Source: Eledone cirrhosa (Eukaryota). Taken from it: DNA of 64,000 nt. The notes beneath the pieces were generated by a model that was given only the letters and a program-made list of their open reading frames with translations, was not told the origin of the DNA and did no database searches. Positions within the stretch are counted from its first letter, which is position 1. Each line of letters begins with the position of its first letter. Both the position numbers and the translations under genes were made by a program. This document shows, piece by piece, positions 28,666 to 43,082 of the stretch. The DNA lies in NCBI GenBank assembly GCA_964016885.1, contig OZ024743.1:314960001-315024000 (forward strand), written 5' to 3'.

Positions 28666-29937
28666 AATGTATATATATATATACACACGCTTTTCATATT
28701 TCTTTGTCTACTATGACGAACGCCCAAGTCAAGTTTCAAAGTTGTTAACAACGTAGTATTGACAGATTAAATTAGTTACAGCAGCCATAGATATTATAGT
28801 CTAGAGCAGACAAAAAATAAGCGGAAGTTTAACATATAAAAATTGTATATGATTTGATATTTCAAACAGTTTTAAATAAAGCAATGGAGATGTTTTTTTT
28901 ACCACTCCGTGACGGCTTCGCTCACAATACCTATAATTATTTTCATCATATTCTATCTACGGGTCCTTAACTCTTGTCTAGGACATTTAAAACCTGCTGC
29001 AGACCGCTACGTTTCAGGTCTAAAAATAGAATATTTACTCCAGAGAAAGAGAGAGAGAGAGAGAGAATAAAGAGTGAGAGACAGAGAGAGCGAGAGAGAG
29101 AGGGGGGGGGGGAAGAGAACGCGTAGGAAATTGAGAAAGAATATCCTCCAGTACTGGACTGGTAATTTATATATCACCCTCAAATTGATGAAATGGAAGC
29201 TCGATAAGTTTCCCAAAGCCAATACAATACGATAGAAATATATAAAAGGCAAAGAATAACAAATAAAAGAAAACAATGTAATGTTTTACAAAGTATATTT
29301 CAGCATGATATTTCAGGGTTGGGAACCCTCTTTTTAAATGTGAAGCAGAAACGGTTAAAAAAAAAAAGCAATGGATTGAGTGTTAATTTTTAACTAGCCT
29401 TCGTGTCTAAATACGCATGTGTGAAGTCATTACAGTAGCCAGCCTGCTTCGTTTCATTTCCGATCTATTATTTATCTGTGTAATTTTTTGGCTGAAGGTA
29501 ATGGCCTATTTGATTCTTAAATGAAAGGAAAGTGATGGGATTTAAATTCAAGACGAGGTGAGCCGGATTAAATACCAAAGTCCTAACATGTCTGTCACCT
29601 CTTCGTGTTGGATTTACGTGCCATATCATTATGTGGATTCAAATATCGTGAGTGAAATTGCTAGCAAAAAATAGAGTAAAGAAGCGTGTCTGATAGACTA
29701 TACCTATGTTTTTTTTAATGCCGGCCGTCGTCAGATGTAACACAATGGTTTACTCCTGTGGGACTTCAGTACATCTTACGTTTTAACAAACCTCTTATTT
29801 AGATCTCGGTTCAGAAAAAATGCTGGTTTCATATAGCCTTTGCCAAATTGACCTTGGAATCGATGCAAAGATAACATCAAAGGGTCATTGATAGTCAATA
29901 GTTTTCTCTTCTGACAGATGGGCAATATATGTATATA

Positions 29938-30145
29938 AGGGCGGTGGATTGGCAGTATCGGGAGAGAGTCAGACGCCATGCTTTGCAGCAAAGAGTTACG
30001 GCCCTTTATGATCTGATTTCAAATCCCGCCGAGGTTAACTTTTCCTTTCTTCCTCACAGGCTCGATAAAATGAAGTACCAGTAACGCACTGGGGTTGATT
30101 TAATCGACTTTCCCCTCCCCCAAAGTCACTGGCCTTGAGAAACCA

Positions 30146-30147
<2 letters not shown>
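29938..30147 (+). mobile_element. Full-length S1 SINE
   Basis: Head GGGCGGTGGATTGGCAGTATCGG (A box), GATTTCAAATCCC (B-box-like), then core and tail. Confidence 0.8.
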
Positions 30148-30230
<83 letters not shown>

Positions 30231-30503
30231 TGCGTGGGGGCGGGGCGGGTAGAACATTTCGAACGCAGGCAAATAGCTGTGAATATAGATTTGATTATCG
30301 AGTAAAATACTCCTATAGACGGTAAAAATTAGAAACGGGATATTTTACTCTGTTTTCTAAGCAGCGCATGAGATATTGTTCTGCGTTCCATATTTTCAAT
30401 ATTTTTCAAGTATTTCAACTCACTCGACACTGTTTATTTACAAACGTTGTCACATTGAAAAACTGATACTTAACTTCTATTTAAAACAGAAATATGTGTT
30501 AGG

Positions 30504-30578
30504 GGTAGTTTAGCTCAATGGTACTGAACGCTCAGTTGAATTTTGAGAGGCTCAGAGTTCGATTCCCTGTAGCTGCTG
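30504..30578 (+). pseudogene. tRNA-like sequence (anticodon GAA, Phe-like); pseudogene or SINE head
   Basis: A box TAGCTCAATGG, anticodon stem-loop CTCAG TTGAATT TTGAG, B box GTTCGATTC and an oligo-T tract at 30587-30593. The acceptor stem pairs only with one extra base, and the D and T stems have mismatches. Confidence 0.55.
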
Positions 30579-31249
30579 CTGGCTCCTTTTTTTCCATCTA
30601 AAGGGTATTACACCGCATGTTCTAAGCCCTGTTCACTGCTATTTTCCTGCGTTTACAATGTTCTACATTTTCTAAACATTTCAACTCAATCGATGTGGCA
30701 TTGTCCCAATGAGCACTGAAATGGACGGTATTTTCAGAGGTTGTTCTTTTCGTTTTTTTTTTCCTGCACTGTGCCCACTCTATGTGAATATATACTGTCC
30801 CAATCAACGTCGTGATCTTAGAATCATATTTAGTTTTCAAATCACTGATTCCCAGAGTGGGTAGTACAAACTCCTTGGGGTGTACCGGAGAATCAAGAAT
30901 GTACCGACGGGCAGGTAGGTAGTAAGAAGTTTCTGAATTGTAGATGATGTTTATGGGTTAAATGAGCAAAGTATACTAATTAGTAGTTATTTGTAAAACA
31001 ATCAACTAGTTATACAATGACTGTTTGATTAAAATCTAATGAATTACTAACATTTAATTTTCAGTGGGAAATATATTCTCCAATAGATGACAGTGGTCTG
31101 AAAACCTTTGAGGAAACTATCGTTTAAAGCCTGAAACTGTTTACATATATTATGCATTTACTTATGTTTTAAAAGAAATGGTATATAGGACAAGGATTAA
31201 GATTATATATGTTTTAGTCATCAACGTCGATCGGTCATGGAGACCTGAT

Positions 31250-31450
31250 CGTTCCAACAAATATTACGTGTGGTGTTCAAAATTGTGTGGCAAGGTCACA
31301 CTAACAACATTTCTTTATGGTGATCTACCACATATCTCATCGAAAGTTGCATCCCGTCTCTTGGTTCTTGCTGGTCATGTTATCTACCATGATGAACCTG
31401 CTTTTATGGTCACCAGACGTCCAAACATAACTGTCAGGACTCCGTTGGAA
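31250..31450 (+). pseudogene. Old RTE-like LINE C-terminal fragment
   Basis: Translation LYGDLPHISSKVASRLLVLAGHVIYHDEPA resembles the RTE 'RRLRxAGHxxR' region. Confidence 0.5.
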
Positions 31451-32051
31451 ACGGTCACTCTCCTCATTAGACGGGATCTCTTGTTGTGATAAGGGATGCT
31501 GAAGTCTGGAACAAGAACTTTGTGCCGGCTTCACTTTCGATGGTAGGACGAGTGAAGAATACAAAAACAACATCAGCAATAGTCACGAATGCCACAATGG
31601 ATGACAAAGGACCGTGCAAAATACCGGTACAAGTAACTGACGCTGACTAACGATATAATTTTCTGTATACATGACACCAATGATTCAGAATAATCCCATC
31701 ATAATTTCTAAAATTAGTAAACTAATGTACGAGAAAAAAGCCATAAACTCTGTTTCGCTCATTCTTGGAGGAATTTCCGCGGAAACGTGCAGATGTAGCA
31801 GTGAGAAATTCATTTTCCAAGAAAATACATTAAATCACTCGCATATTGGTGAGGATTAAACAAGTCGTCCTCGATAAATCATCAAGTGGTTGGGTGAAAT
31901 ATGGACTGACTGTCTTTATTTACAAACTTGCAGCCAAACATACATCACTGTTCCACAATCATCAAGGTCATAGAGACGTCAATATTCTAAATCAATAGAG
32001 TGCTCACTGCTCATGTCACAAACTTATTCAGGAGCTCTACAAACTGTAATA

Positions 32052-32242
32052 TAATTGTTTCTACTTTAGGCACAAGGCCAGCAATTACCAAGTGCATTAC
32101 TGGTACTTTATTTTATCGACCCCGCAAGGATGAAAGGCAAAGTCAACCTCGGCGGGATTTGAACTCAGATCGTAAAGGGACGTAACTATGCTGGAAAGCA
32201 TGGCGTCCGACCCTCCACCGATACTGCCAATCCACTGCCTTT
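32052..32242 (-). mobile_element. Young S1 SINE with a target-site duplication of about 20 bp
   Basis: TCTACAAACTGTAATATAAT occurs at 32036-32055 and 32243-32262. Confidence 0.85.
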
Positions 32243-32534
32243 TCTACAAACTGTAATATAATGAGTCCTATTGTGCGTTTCTTTTCTTGAGAACATGGAA
32301 ATATGTGGGAGTCAATCAATAAGAAATGTGATGTTGAAAACAATGGAAGTGATACGTTTATGAAACTTCGTTGAATGACGAATATGTATATAGTGCAGGA
32401 TTTAAGATTCACCGATTTAATATTGGGATGAATGAACGTCCAGAACATTCATAATTACAGGTACATCTTTCAATATTTTGAAAATAAAATTATACTATTT
32501 CTAAATATAATATCACCAATTATTATTAAATACA

Positions 32535-32722
32535 GGGCGGTGGATTGGCAGTATCGGTAGAGGGTCGGACGCCATGCTTTCCAGCATATTTACGTCCCTT
32601 TACGATCTGAGTTCAAATCCCGGTGAGGTTGACTTTGCCTTTCATCCTTACGGGGTCGATAAAATAAAGTACCAGTAATGCAGTGGTTAATTGCTGGCCT
32701 TGTGCCTAAAGTAGAAACAATT
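32535..32722 (+). mobile_element. Young S1 SINE with a target-site duplication
   Basis: A box TGGCAGTATCGG and B box GAGTTCAAATCCC. ATTATTAAATACA flanks both sides. Confidence 0.85.
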
Positions 32723-32737
32723 ATTAAATACATGTAA

Positions 32738-33124
32738 TCTATATATATAAAACTGATGTTGTCTGTGTGTTCTCATTTTTGCAAAGTCTATACAAATCCA
32801 CATTTCTACTCCGATTGACTTTTAAATATTCCTTGCGGTCTAAAGATACTAGCTGCAGCTTTTATTTTTCAATTTTCTGTTGTTAAACGGGTGTTATGGA
32901 CCTCCGTCAAGCCCTTATAATATCTGTCTGTATGTCTGGTGTCTGCATAACGACATTCTGACGAACACGTCACTGACACACACACGCACACACACACACA
33001 TATATATACATATACATCTAAAGAGAGAAAGGGAGATGTAGAGAGTGAGAGTGAGTTTGGCCGTTATACAGAGAGAGGTACAAGATATTCAGATATATAG
33101 AGAGAGAGAATGGCGACGAACGCT

Positions 33125-33206
<82 letters not shown>

Positions 33207-33554
33207 AAAAGACAGAGAGAGAGGTGGGGAGAGAGATCTGCGCGTTATTTATTGTTTTCCATTCTGTAGAGGAAGAGAGAGAGAGAGGGCGTATGAGTGA
33301 GAGAGAGAGAGCGAGAGAAAGAGAGAGAGGGTATGAGAAAAAAGGGAGAGAGGGTTGAGAAAGAAAGAAAGAGAGTGAGGAACTTTAATTTGTATTTATT
33401 TATCTATTCTTTACACACTGTTCAACACTCCCCTTTCCTCAACCTTACGTCTCTTTCTCTCTTTTACACTATATGTACTGTGACTGTGTGTGTTATATAT
33501 ATTTATGTCCGCACACGAACACAAAATACACATCTCTCACTCTCTCTTTCTCTT

Positions 33555-33650
<96 letters not shown>

Positions 33651-34546
33651 ATAAGAACAGATTAAAGTTTAAGCAAAGAATCGCTGCTTTCAACATTAAC
33701 GGGATCTAAAACTAAAAAATTCAATCTGTGAACGCAGAAGTAAATATTTCAAGAAACATTGCAACCGAAGGAAAACAGGGAGACGATATTTTGGTTCGGG
33801 AAGAGGCTCCCTGGCAATGAACGGAAAACAAACGAGGATAATACGTCGTTATATGGATTGAGAAAAACAATTTCATGCAAAGAGAAGACCAAGTTTATGG
33901 TATAAATGGAGTCGTTCTATTTAAAATAACTGAATGATTTCCAGCCCCGGAGTTTAAGAGTGATGTAAATAAAATTGAAAACGAAAATGACAGAGGTTAT
34001 TAAAATAGTAAAAGTAATTAGTGAAGATTTAGGCCAGTACATACGTATGCGCCGACGGACATATACATACGCACACACAAATACATACACACACACAAAC
34101 ACACGCACAAACGCGCGAGCGCGCGTGTGTAAACCTTATGCATTTCTACAGCACATTCACCAAACTTAAGACATAGGTTACTTATGTACTCCGGATGGTC
34201 ATGGACACTTTCATTTTTCCAGATATTGATTACAGGGCCTCCCGGCAGATTACATCCTTTGACCGCTTTCCTGGAAGCAGTGCAATGCAACGAAACGTCA
34301 TAACTTCTGGAGTTCGCAACCGATTTTCATAAAACTTGACACATGGGCTACGTTTGTTCTAGAGATGAATGTGAACTCTCAAAATTGGCACATATTGATT
34401 AGGGGACCCCTGGAGACAGGAAAGCCCTTTTGGAAAAAACCGATGATTTTGTAAAATATAGTTTTCGAAGCAGCACAGAAGTATTGATATAAATGGTATA
34501 CATAACTGCTATTTAATACCCGAGCAACGCCGGGTACCTCTGCTAG
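32738..34546 (+). mobile_element. Helitron-type termini (one interrupted element or two fragments)
   Basis: 5' end A|TCTATATATATAAAA at 32738. 3' hairpin ACCCG...CGGGT followed by CTAG|T at 34518-34546. Internal ACCGATTTTCATAAAACTT. Confidence 0.55.
33645..33917 (-). repeat. Solo diverged copy of the 3' end of the 45-47 kb Penelope-like element
   Basis: Reverse-complement match to about 46900-47183 (e.g. GAAAGCAGCGATTCTTTGCTTAAACTTTAATCTGTT), ending in (TA)n. Confidence 0.75.
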
Positions 34547-37500
34547 TTCTCACTAAACAGTTAACCATTATATCTGAACACCAAAACCATCGATTTGCTC
34601 TCATCGACCTTAACGAAGGAAGTATGTCGGTCATGTGATTGAAAATGCAAATAGGTTGTTGCCAAATGATGCTCTTCTGCAAGTACTTCCTTGTTGAATA
34701 TCAATATCAAATTTTATTTACTATTCGGTCAAAATAATCCAAATGAAATTTAATTTATTTAGATACCGCTGGAAACTGGATTACAATATCCTTATATACA
34801 TCAACCTCATAATATTTGACGCCATATTAACTTAAAACTGGAGAAAATATCATAGATTATTAAAGATTCCATAAACAATGTTCTTTTCCGATAGAGCTTA
34901 TGCGGCTTCTCTGGCCGTGTATACTTGATCAACACTTATTTGTATCGTGCAGGAAAACTTGATCAGTGGATATATTTCAACGCTTCGTGATAATTAGATG
35001 CTTTCTAAACTATATGCTCTTACAGTCAAAGGCTCTTTCAATCGATGTTAAGCATCTACCACTGTTTTTCCTTTATGTATTAGTGGCGCACAATATCAAT
35101 ATCTATGTACACATTTCGGATAGTGGTTATATATATATATATATAAGGATGAATGTATTCATTTGAAATTTACAGTATATCTTTTTACAAACACATCCAA
35201 TTTTCGCCCCGCATTTAAATGTTATTTTCCCAGAGGGGCTAAAACTATCTGTTTATCTACAAAAATGATATACCTTATATTTCAAGTGCTCCAGATAAAG
35301 CAATATAGGATAGTATAAATTAATGAAGTATGTATTAGTGTATATTTATGTTTGATACTATTTCATGTTAGCTGCTGCCTATGGCATGTCATTATTTTCA
35401 TTCTTTATTTTCAATATTAAATTTAATATAAAATATTTTGTGGTCTGTCGGCGGCCATAAATTTACGTAGCATTACTTCTATATGTATACACAACAGTAA
35501 TAAAGGGACGTTAGCATTGCTGAATACGCATGTGTTTGAGCGGTTGTAATTTTGTGGTTGCCCAAATGTGTGTATTTGTGCCAATATGTCTGTATGTGAG
35601 TGTGTTCTCATCTATAAAGAAATACTTCACCAAACAAACATTATGTATTTTTATTCAATTCCAGAAAATTCTTATGATTTTAAATATGATTTTGTTTGTT
35701 AACGTTGTTGGCTGATGATGGTAGTGTTGTTGATGTTGGGGGTGGTTTTGGTGAGAATGATGATGAGGGCGATTATATTTTTCTACTCGTTATAATTGGT
35801 GTTTGTGGTTGAGGCAGTGGCGCTGGTGATATTTTGTCGACTTTGTAGTTAATATTTTTGTTGTTTTCGTTTGTTTCTTCTTTTAATAACATTTTCTTTT
35901 CAAATCTTATAAATTATTAAGTACCATAGCAATAAATATCGCAACATTTCTAATTAAAATTTATATCAAACCTCATCAATCTTCACGACTGAAGCAGGCT
36001 TTACTTGCATATATTGTTTTATAATATAAATATTTAAGTGGTTGAAATAACATGTAAGGTTTGAGGTCGTTAAAGCTGTCTACAAACACTTGTGCAAAAA
36101 GATCACAGACGATAGTTCTGCGCAAGGCAGCCAATGTATTTTGGAGAGGGAAACGAGATAAAAAAAAATTACTTCAAGTTGTTAAACTCTAACACAAAGT
36201 AAAAGAATGGGTTGATGTCCAGGGTGATGTACAACACATACACAGATGGATTAGATGAAATTATATGTATGGAATAAAACGCAATAAAAGGAAGTTTTTT
36301 GCTTGTAGGTAATACAAAAAAATGCTCCAATCATTATCAGTTGATAAACACTCATACAAACACAAACAAACATGTGTTGATGTCATGTGTAATGGAGAAA
36401 AACTACAGATTAAAGCGAAGCTCAATGTATGAAATAAAATTTATTAAAATGGCGAGGTTTAGCTCAGTATTGGCTTTCAGTCAAACACACCAATCTACGT
36501 TTTACCTTGAATACCAGGACTACGTACCTTGCCCGTGCAGGGTTCCATGGTTTACAATTTCGTACCCCGGCAGAGTATATATAATCCCGCCAAGATCACT
36601 TTTTGTTATCATCATTTCGAGGTTGATAAAGTACCAGTCAAGGACGGCACATTTACAGAATTGTTAGAGCGACATGCTGAATGATATGTACATGTTCCGG
36701 ATCTGAGCCTTCTTGCGTTCTCGGTTCAAATATAGCCTTCTATTACAAGGTAAATGGATATTTTACTATTTTTAACATTTGTTTCGTTTTGTATTATTTT
36801 CTGTTTATGCTTAAATCATATAGAAATTTGTTACGTAACCTTAAAGTGTAAATAAATATATACCCCTGATTTTACCAGGCGTTATTGACGTTCTGTTTTC
36901 TTTGTCTTTTCTTACGTATTTCATTCCATTTTTTTTAATCAATGTTATTTAGGCAATAATTATTAAAAACTATATTTGTTGACTGATTTCCAAACATAAT
37001 TGAAACACTTTTTTGAATGTATAGCTAGGTAGTGTTACAATATTTGTAATGTAGTCTTCGTTCAGTTGAGGTGTTTTCTTTTTTTATATAGACTTGTTTG
37101 AAGATAAATGGTTGTTGAACCAGAATTCGTAAGTTGTCGCGGAGGAAAACAATATAGCAAGATAATGATTTGCGTTTCCTCTTCAGGCCGACCTCTTGGG
37201 CACCAGTGTTGTCGCAATACATTTTCTAACATATGGCTGGACGGGAGCAGTGTGAAATGACAAAACGTGCCGTACGTTCTGGGAACTGAACTAAACCCAA
37301 CACTCTAACTACAAATCTATGTATTGCATCTATTAACCAATATATACTATAATGAATTTATGTATGGTTGCATATGGATTGTTACATTCTACCTCAATGT
37401 GGATTAAAGGTATGTTAGTGTCATGAAAACATTATGAATATTAAACCGTTCGTTTCGATATATCAAATGAATGGCATTGCCAATGAATTTCAATTAATTT

Positions 37501-38132
37501 TGAATATAATCTGGTGGGATTTAGTGTAATAACTAATTTTCTTACATGAAATTATGACGGAAGATTTTAGTTAAACACATATTTTAAAACAGAGTTTTTT
37601 GTATTACCGTCGAACCAGGTTTGGTTTCAAGTGGTTTGATATAAAAAGGAATACCAATCGTGAAATATTTCAATATCTTTAAAATATTCTCGAAAATGTA
37701 TATATAAGTTATTATGGATTCTTTTTATAATTTCTTCGTATATTCTATAATCTTATTATTTGTCATTTGAACAGCTGGTCGTGATCCAATCTAGACAATA
37801 TTGTTTACTTACGGATGTAAGAGATGATGTTTATGATGATGTCATACGTGTATATGTCATATCGAATAAGATATTTCCTTCAAAAATCAGATAACGTGTA
37901 TTTGTTGTGAGAAGCAATACTTATATTTTTTCTAGATGTGCAATACATACATTCTGCCGAGAATTTCATGCAGGTGTATGAAATTAAAATAATCAATAAA
38001 AAAAAATACATTCTGATATAATATAATTACAAAGAAAATCTTTCCACGACAAACTATCAACTCTGTATGTATATATATATATATGTATATATATATTTCA
38101 TATACTTGAATTTTTAAATAATTTTGAATATG

Positions 38133-38167
<35 letters not shown>

Positions 38168-38213
38168 GAAAAGAGTCAGGACACCAACGGATGAGCTCCG
38201 GCCGTTTCGACAG

Positions 38214-38267
<54 letters not shown>

Positions 38268-38312
38268 CTGTCGATATATATATAGCTGTCGAAATATATA
38301 TAGCTGTCCTGG

Positions 38313-38452
38313 CATTATTTCTGAAGACAGCATATATATGTGTAGGTATGTATATTCCCTCTGATAGTTTGTATAAATATTGTACATAGATCTATAGAAT
38401 ATGCATACCAACTCTAACACATATATATCCTAGAAACGATCGTAAAATGATG
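38313..38452 (+). ncRNA. Type I hammerhead ribozyme motif with a stem II domain of about 105 nt (copy 1)
   Basis: CAUUAUUU CUGAAGA [long hairpin] GAAAC GAUC GUA AAAUGAUG: 8-bp stem I, intact core, palindromic ACGAUCGU stem III. Confidence 0.75.
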
Positions 38453-38550
38453 AATTTTTTAAATATAAGGAACTGTTTCTTTGTTTATTCATTATTTTAT
38501 TAATTTATATATATATATATAGCTGTCGAAACGGCCGGAGCCGTTACACT

Positions 38551-38604
<54 letters not shown>

Positions 38605-38691
38605 GGTGTAACGTGCAGTTACTGTATGTTCACCAGAGTGAGCACTCGATCTGCAACTAGGGGTAGAACTAAACATAGTGTAAATGTAACA

Positions 38692-39020
38692 ATAAAAGGA
38701 CGATTTGTTAGGTCTTCATTACGATTATTTAGTAGTGGTTCAGGTTTCGCTTTTGATCAGCTCAAGGTTCCACTTGCTTCGATCTGGCCCGACTCTGGAA
38801 GCAAATGCTCATCGGACATCTACTGTAGTAATGACAGAATGAACATACAGCGTATGGAGATGTTTGCAACGATTCGCATTCGTTTTTGCTGTTGTTTTGA
38901 TTGGTGGTTTTGCTATGAGAGTCTGGCCAGATCGATACAGAACGAACCTTGAGCTGATCAAAAACGAAACGCTCATCACTACGCAATAAACCTATTGAAG
39001 ACATAAATCGTCCTTTCATT
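38692..39020. repeat. Fold-back element with imperfect inverted arms of about 100 bp
   Basis: 38692-38796 pairs with 38919-39020 (e.g. TTTTGATCAGCTCAAGGTTC / GAACCTTGAGCTGATCAAAA). Confidence 0.75.
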
Positions 39021-39093
39021 AATATTATAAACACACACACATACACACACGCACAACCACACACACACACACACGCACACGCACACGCACACG

Positions 39094-39160
<67 letters not shown>

Positions 39161-39164
<4 letters not shown>

Positions 39165-39301
39165 CTGAAGACAGCATATATATGTGTAGGTATGTATATT
39201 CCCTCTGATAATTTGTAAAAATTGTAAAAATGTTACATAGATCTATATGATATACATACCAACACACACATATATATCCTAGAAACGATCGTAAAATGAT
39301 G
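39161..39301 (+). ncRNA. Type I hammerhead ribozyme motif with long stem II (copy 2)
   Basis: Direct repeat of about 200 bp of 38317-38510. Reads AUUU CUGAAGA ... GAAAC GAUC GUA AAAU. Confidence 0.7.
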
Positions 39302-39603
39302 AATTTTTTAATATAAGGAACTGTTTCTTTGTTTTTATTCATTATTTTTATTAATTTATCTTGACTCTGTTTTCCTGTGTTTTTCACCGAAAAAATGTTG
39401 AATACATCTTCTCTTTCCATGATATTTGGATTACATTGAGTTCTTCATACGGATTGGATACTACCGTATATATTGGTAGATTTATCTACATATGTATGTA
39501 TATATATATATAACAGATACAATCCATGGCGGCTGAATATATATATATATATATATTCAGCCGCCATGGATTGTATCTGTTATATTCCTTTGTTATATTT
39601 TGA

Positions 39604-39661
39604 ATACCTGATGATATCACCGGATTCATACTGAACCCGGTAATTGAAATGATCAAAGTAT
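39604..39661 (+). ncRNA. Hammerhead-like motif, probably inactivated
   Basis: AUAC CUGAUGA UAUCACCGGAUUCA UAC UGAACCCGGUAAUU GAAAU GAUC AAA GUAU. The cleavage triplet is AAA rather than AUA. AATAAA follows. Confidence 0.6.
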
Positions 39662-40125
39662 AATAAACCTTTCAAGGATTTACACCAGTCCTGTTATTTT
39701 ATAATAATTAACTCCGTACTCGCACCACCAACTACACAAACGTGGACGGGTGAGTTGCATTACGTTGCGTGCTCTCCATAATATTACATCAAGATTGACC
39801 ATACGGAATGACCAGTTCTATCCAGTGGTGAACCAACAAACCTAAATATATATATATATATATATGTGTGTGTATTTGTGTGTGTGTGTGTATGTGTGTG
39901 TTTGTGTGGCAATAAGTGTGGACCTGTTATTTTCCTCGAGATTTTTTTCCAACCGGCCCGTCTCCTCAATCATTCTATTTCTTCTTTAATTTATCATTCT
40001 ATATTCTGATGTTAGACTAACATCCGAAACGTTAAAATTCTTTTTCTTATATATCAAGTGTAAAACTAATGATATATTTCTGCATTGTAATGTATCATAT
40101 AATTTGTTATTTCTGTTTGCCTCTT

Positions 40126-40202
<77 letters not shown>

Positions 40203-40245
40203 AATAAATCTTATTATTCCACAATGCTTCAAGCAAACTTCAATA

Positions 40246-40309
<64 letters not shown>

Positions 40310-40743
40310 TATTGAAGTTTGCTTGAAGCATTGTGGAATAATAAGATTTGTTTTCTTTTGGTCGTTTTAGAAGCCTCAACAATGCAGATGGGTAAGTCTC
40401 CGGGTAACAGGATCCCGTGTTGAAGAGAGAGATGTAAGGGAATGTAGAATTAGATGTATAGTGTGTAGAGGAACGTAGGAAAGAGCGTAAATAATAAAAA
40501 AAAAGAACACGAGATAGAGGTTACCTTGGGAGAGATTTTATTGTCCCTATATTTCGGATTCGCATCCATCAACTGGGGGATTTTCCAATAAACTACCAAA
40601 ACCTTTCTTAAAGTCCGCCCTGAGTGGCTAATAATGAAATCATTATTATTTTTTATTATTATATATATACTTATGAATAAATATATTTATTATATATATA
40701 TTGTATATATATATATGTATATTATATATATATATAACGTATG

Positions 40744-40814
<71 letters not shown>

Positions 40815-40947
40815 CATGTTGCTGTCCTGAATATAGATTTTAAAAGGTTAAATCTTTGATATTACATGGTCCCAAGATAAGACGTTTAAAAATATAAGGT
40901 CGATATTTATTGGCCAATTATCCCCGTCTCTTATACATATATATATA

Positions 40948-40983
<36 letters not shown>

Positions 40984-41130
40984 GTGTGTGTGTGTGTGTC
41001 TGTATATATATATTTCATTTCTCACTCTTAGTACGTGAATGTATATATGTGTGCATGTATGTATATATATACATACTACTGTACGTCTGTATACATATAT
41101 GTATGTACGTATACATACATGCATACTTAC

Positions 41131-41208
<78 letters not shown>

Positions 41209-41287
41209 ATATAACATATATATATATACATCTTTTTTTCTTGTTATATGTATATATATATAATATATATATATATAGATATATATA

Positions 41288-41352
<65 letters not shown>

Positions 41353-41424
41353 ATATATAATATAATATATATATATATATATATATAATATATATATATA
41401 TATATAATATATATATTTATATAT

Positions 41425-41462
<38 letters not shown>

Positions 41463-41541
41463 TTATATATGTATATATATATAACATATATATACATCTT
41501 TTCTTCTTTTTATATGTACATATATATATATAATATATATA

Positions 41542-41738
<197 letters not shown>

Positions 41739-42311
41739 GGGGAAAGACAGTGATGAATAGATGGACACAAGCATTAATAGATATGTCAAATGTGACGTAG
41801 AATAACCCACTGGATAGTTAAATTCTGTTTCTATATTCTGCTATATCAGAAATTCTGCATTCATAGTGAATCAATACCAACATACGCTAGATTGAATTTT
41901 CTTTTCACTTCCCCACGAAGCAATGTCGGAAGAAGACAGACTAAGGAAGCGGACACCATTATGGAGTGACCTAATATTCTAATATTCGGCATTAGTTCAC
42001 TCTGCTGCACCATAGAATATTTTCATTGATCTATGATCTGGGAAATTGAGAGTAAAGAATATATTCTAGCGATTCACCTCTTTGTCACCACCATTCAACT
42101 TGTATGCCTTCTTCTTTTCTTCCACTTTTGTTCCCTCGGATTTGTTCAGTCACTACTACATACCACATTATTTTGCGGGCGGTATAGTTTTCTTCGCCAA
42201 ATAGAACAAAACTGTTTGAGCAATATATATTTATATATATATATATATAGGTGAGTGTGTGTGTGTCTGAGTGTGTGTGTGTGTGTGTGTGCGCGTGTGT
42301 GTATGTGTGTT

Positions 42312-42348
<37 letters not shown>

Positions 42349-42514
42349 ATAGAAGAATAGAACCAGATACAACTAGTTTGATCATCACTCAAATGAGTAC
42401 TCGATACTTGAGACTGTAGAGTTTTGCTATATCATAAAGGGCCGGCGCCCGACGGCTAAGCTGTTGTCATTTCAACAGCTTGTGTTCCAGACTCATATCT
42501 ATATAGATATATAT

Positions 42515-42592
<78 letters not shown>

Positions 42593-42678
42593 AGTATTTT
42601 CCTACTACATCGAACTTGAAACTGAAATATTTCTTCGTTCTACTGTATTGTTTGTTTGCTACAACCGTTTACTTCTTG

Positions 42679-42722
<44 letters not shown>

Positions 42723-42998
42723 AAAGGTAAAAGGATGTAGCAAACAAACAATACAGTTGAACGAAGAAATATTTTAGTTTCAAGCGCGATGTAGTAGGAA
42801 AATACTCTTTAGGTTTCGGACACAAGTCCAACAACAAATGATAGAAAGATAAAGAAAAGATTAAATGGGAAGATAAATAGTGTGACGACGAAGGACCGAA
42901 AATATTTTTGAAAAATATCCCGTGGTTGTTCAGTCAGCCATTTTGGAGGAAATGTACAACTATCTATCTATCTATATTTATATTTTTCTCTCCATCTC

Positions 42999-43077
<79 letters not shown>

Positions 43078-43082
<5 letters not shown>

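Noticed and set aside
26200-28760. Very eroded hammerhead-like strings at about 26300-26345(-), 28250-28290(-) and 28710; also 32958 and 40828
   Set aside because: Multiple core mismatches or no GAAA/stem support, so they cannot be told from chance by eye.
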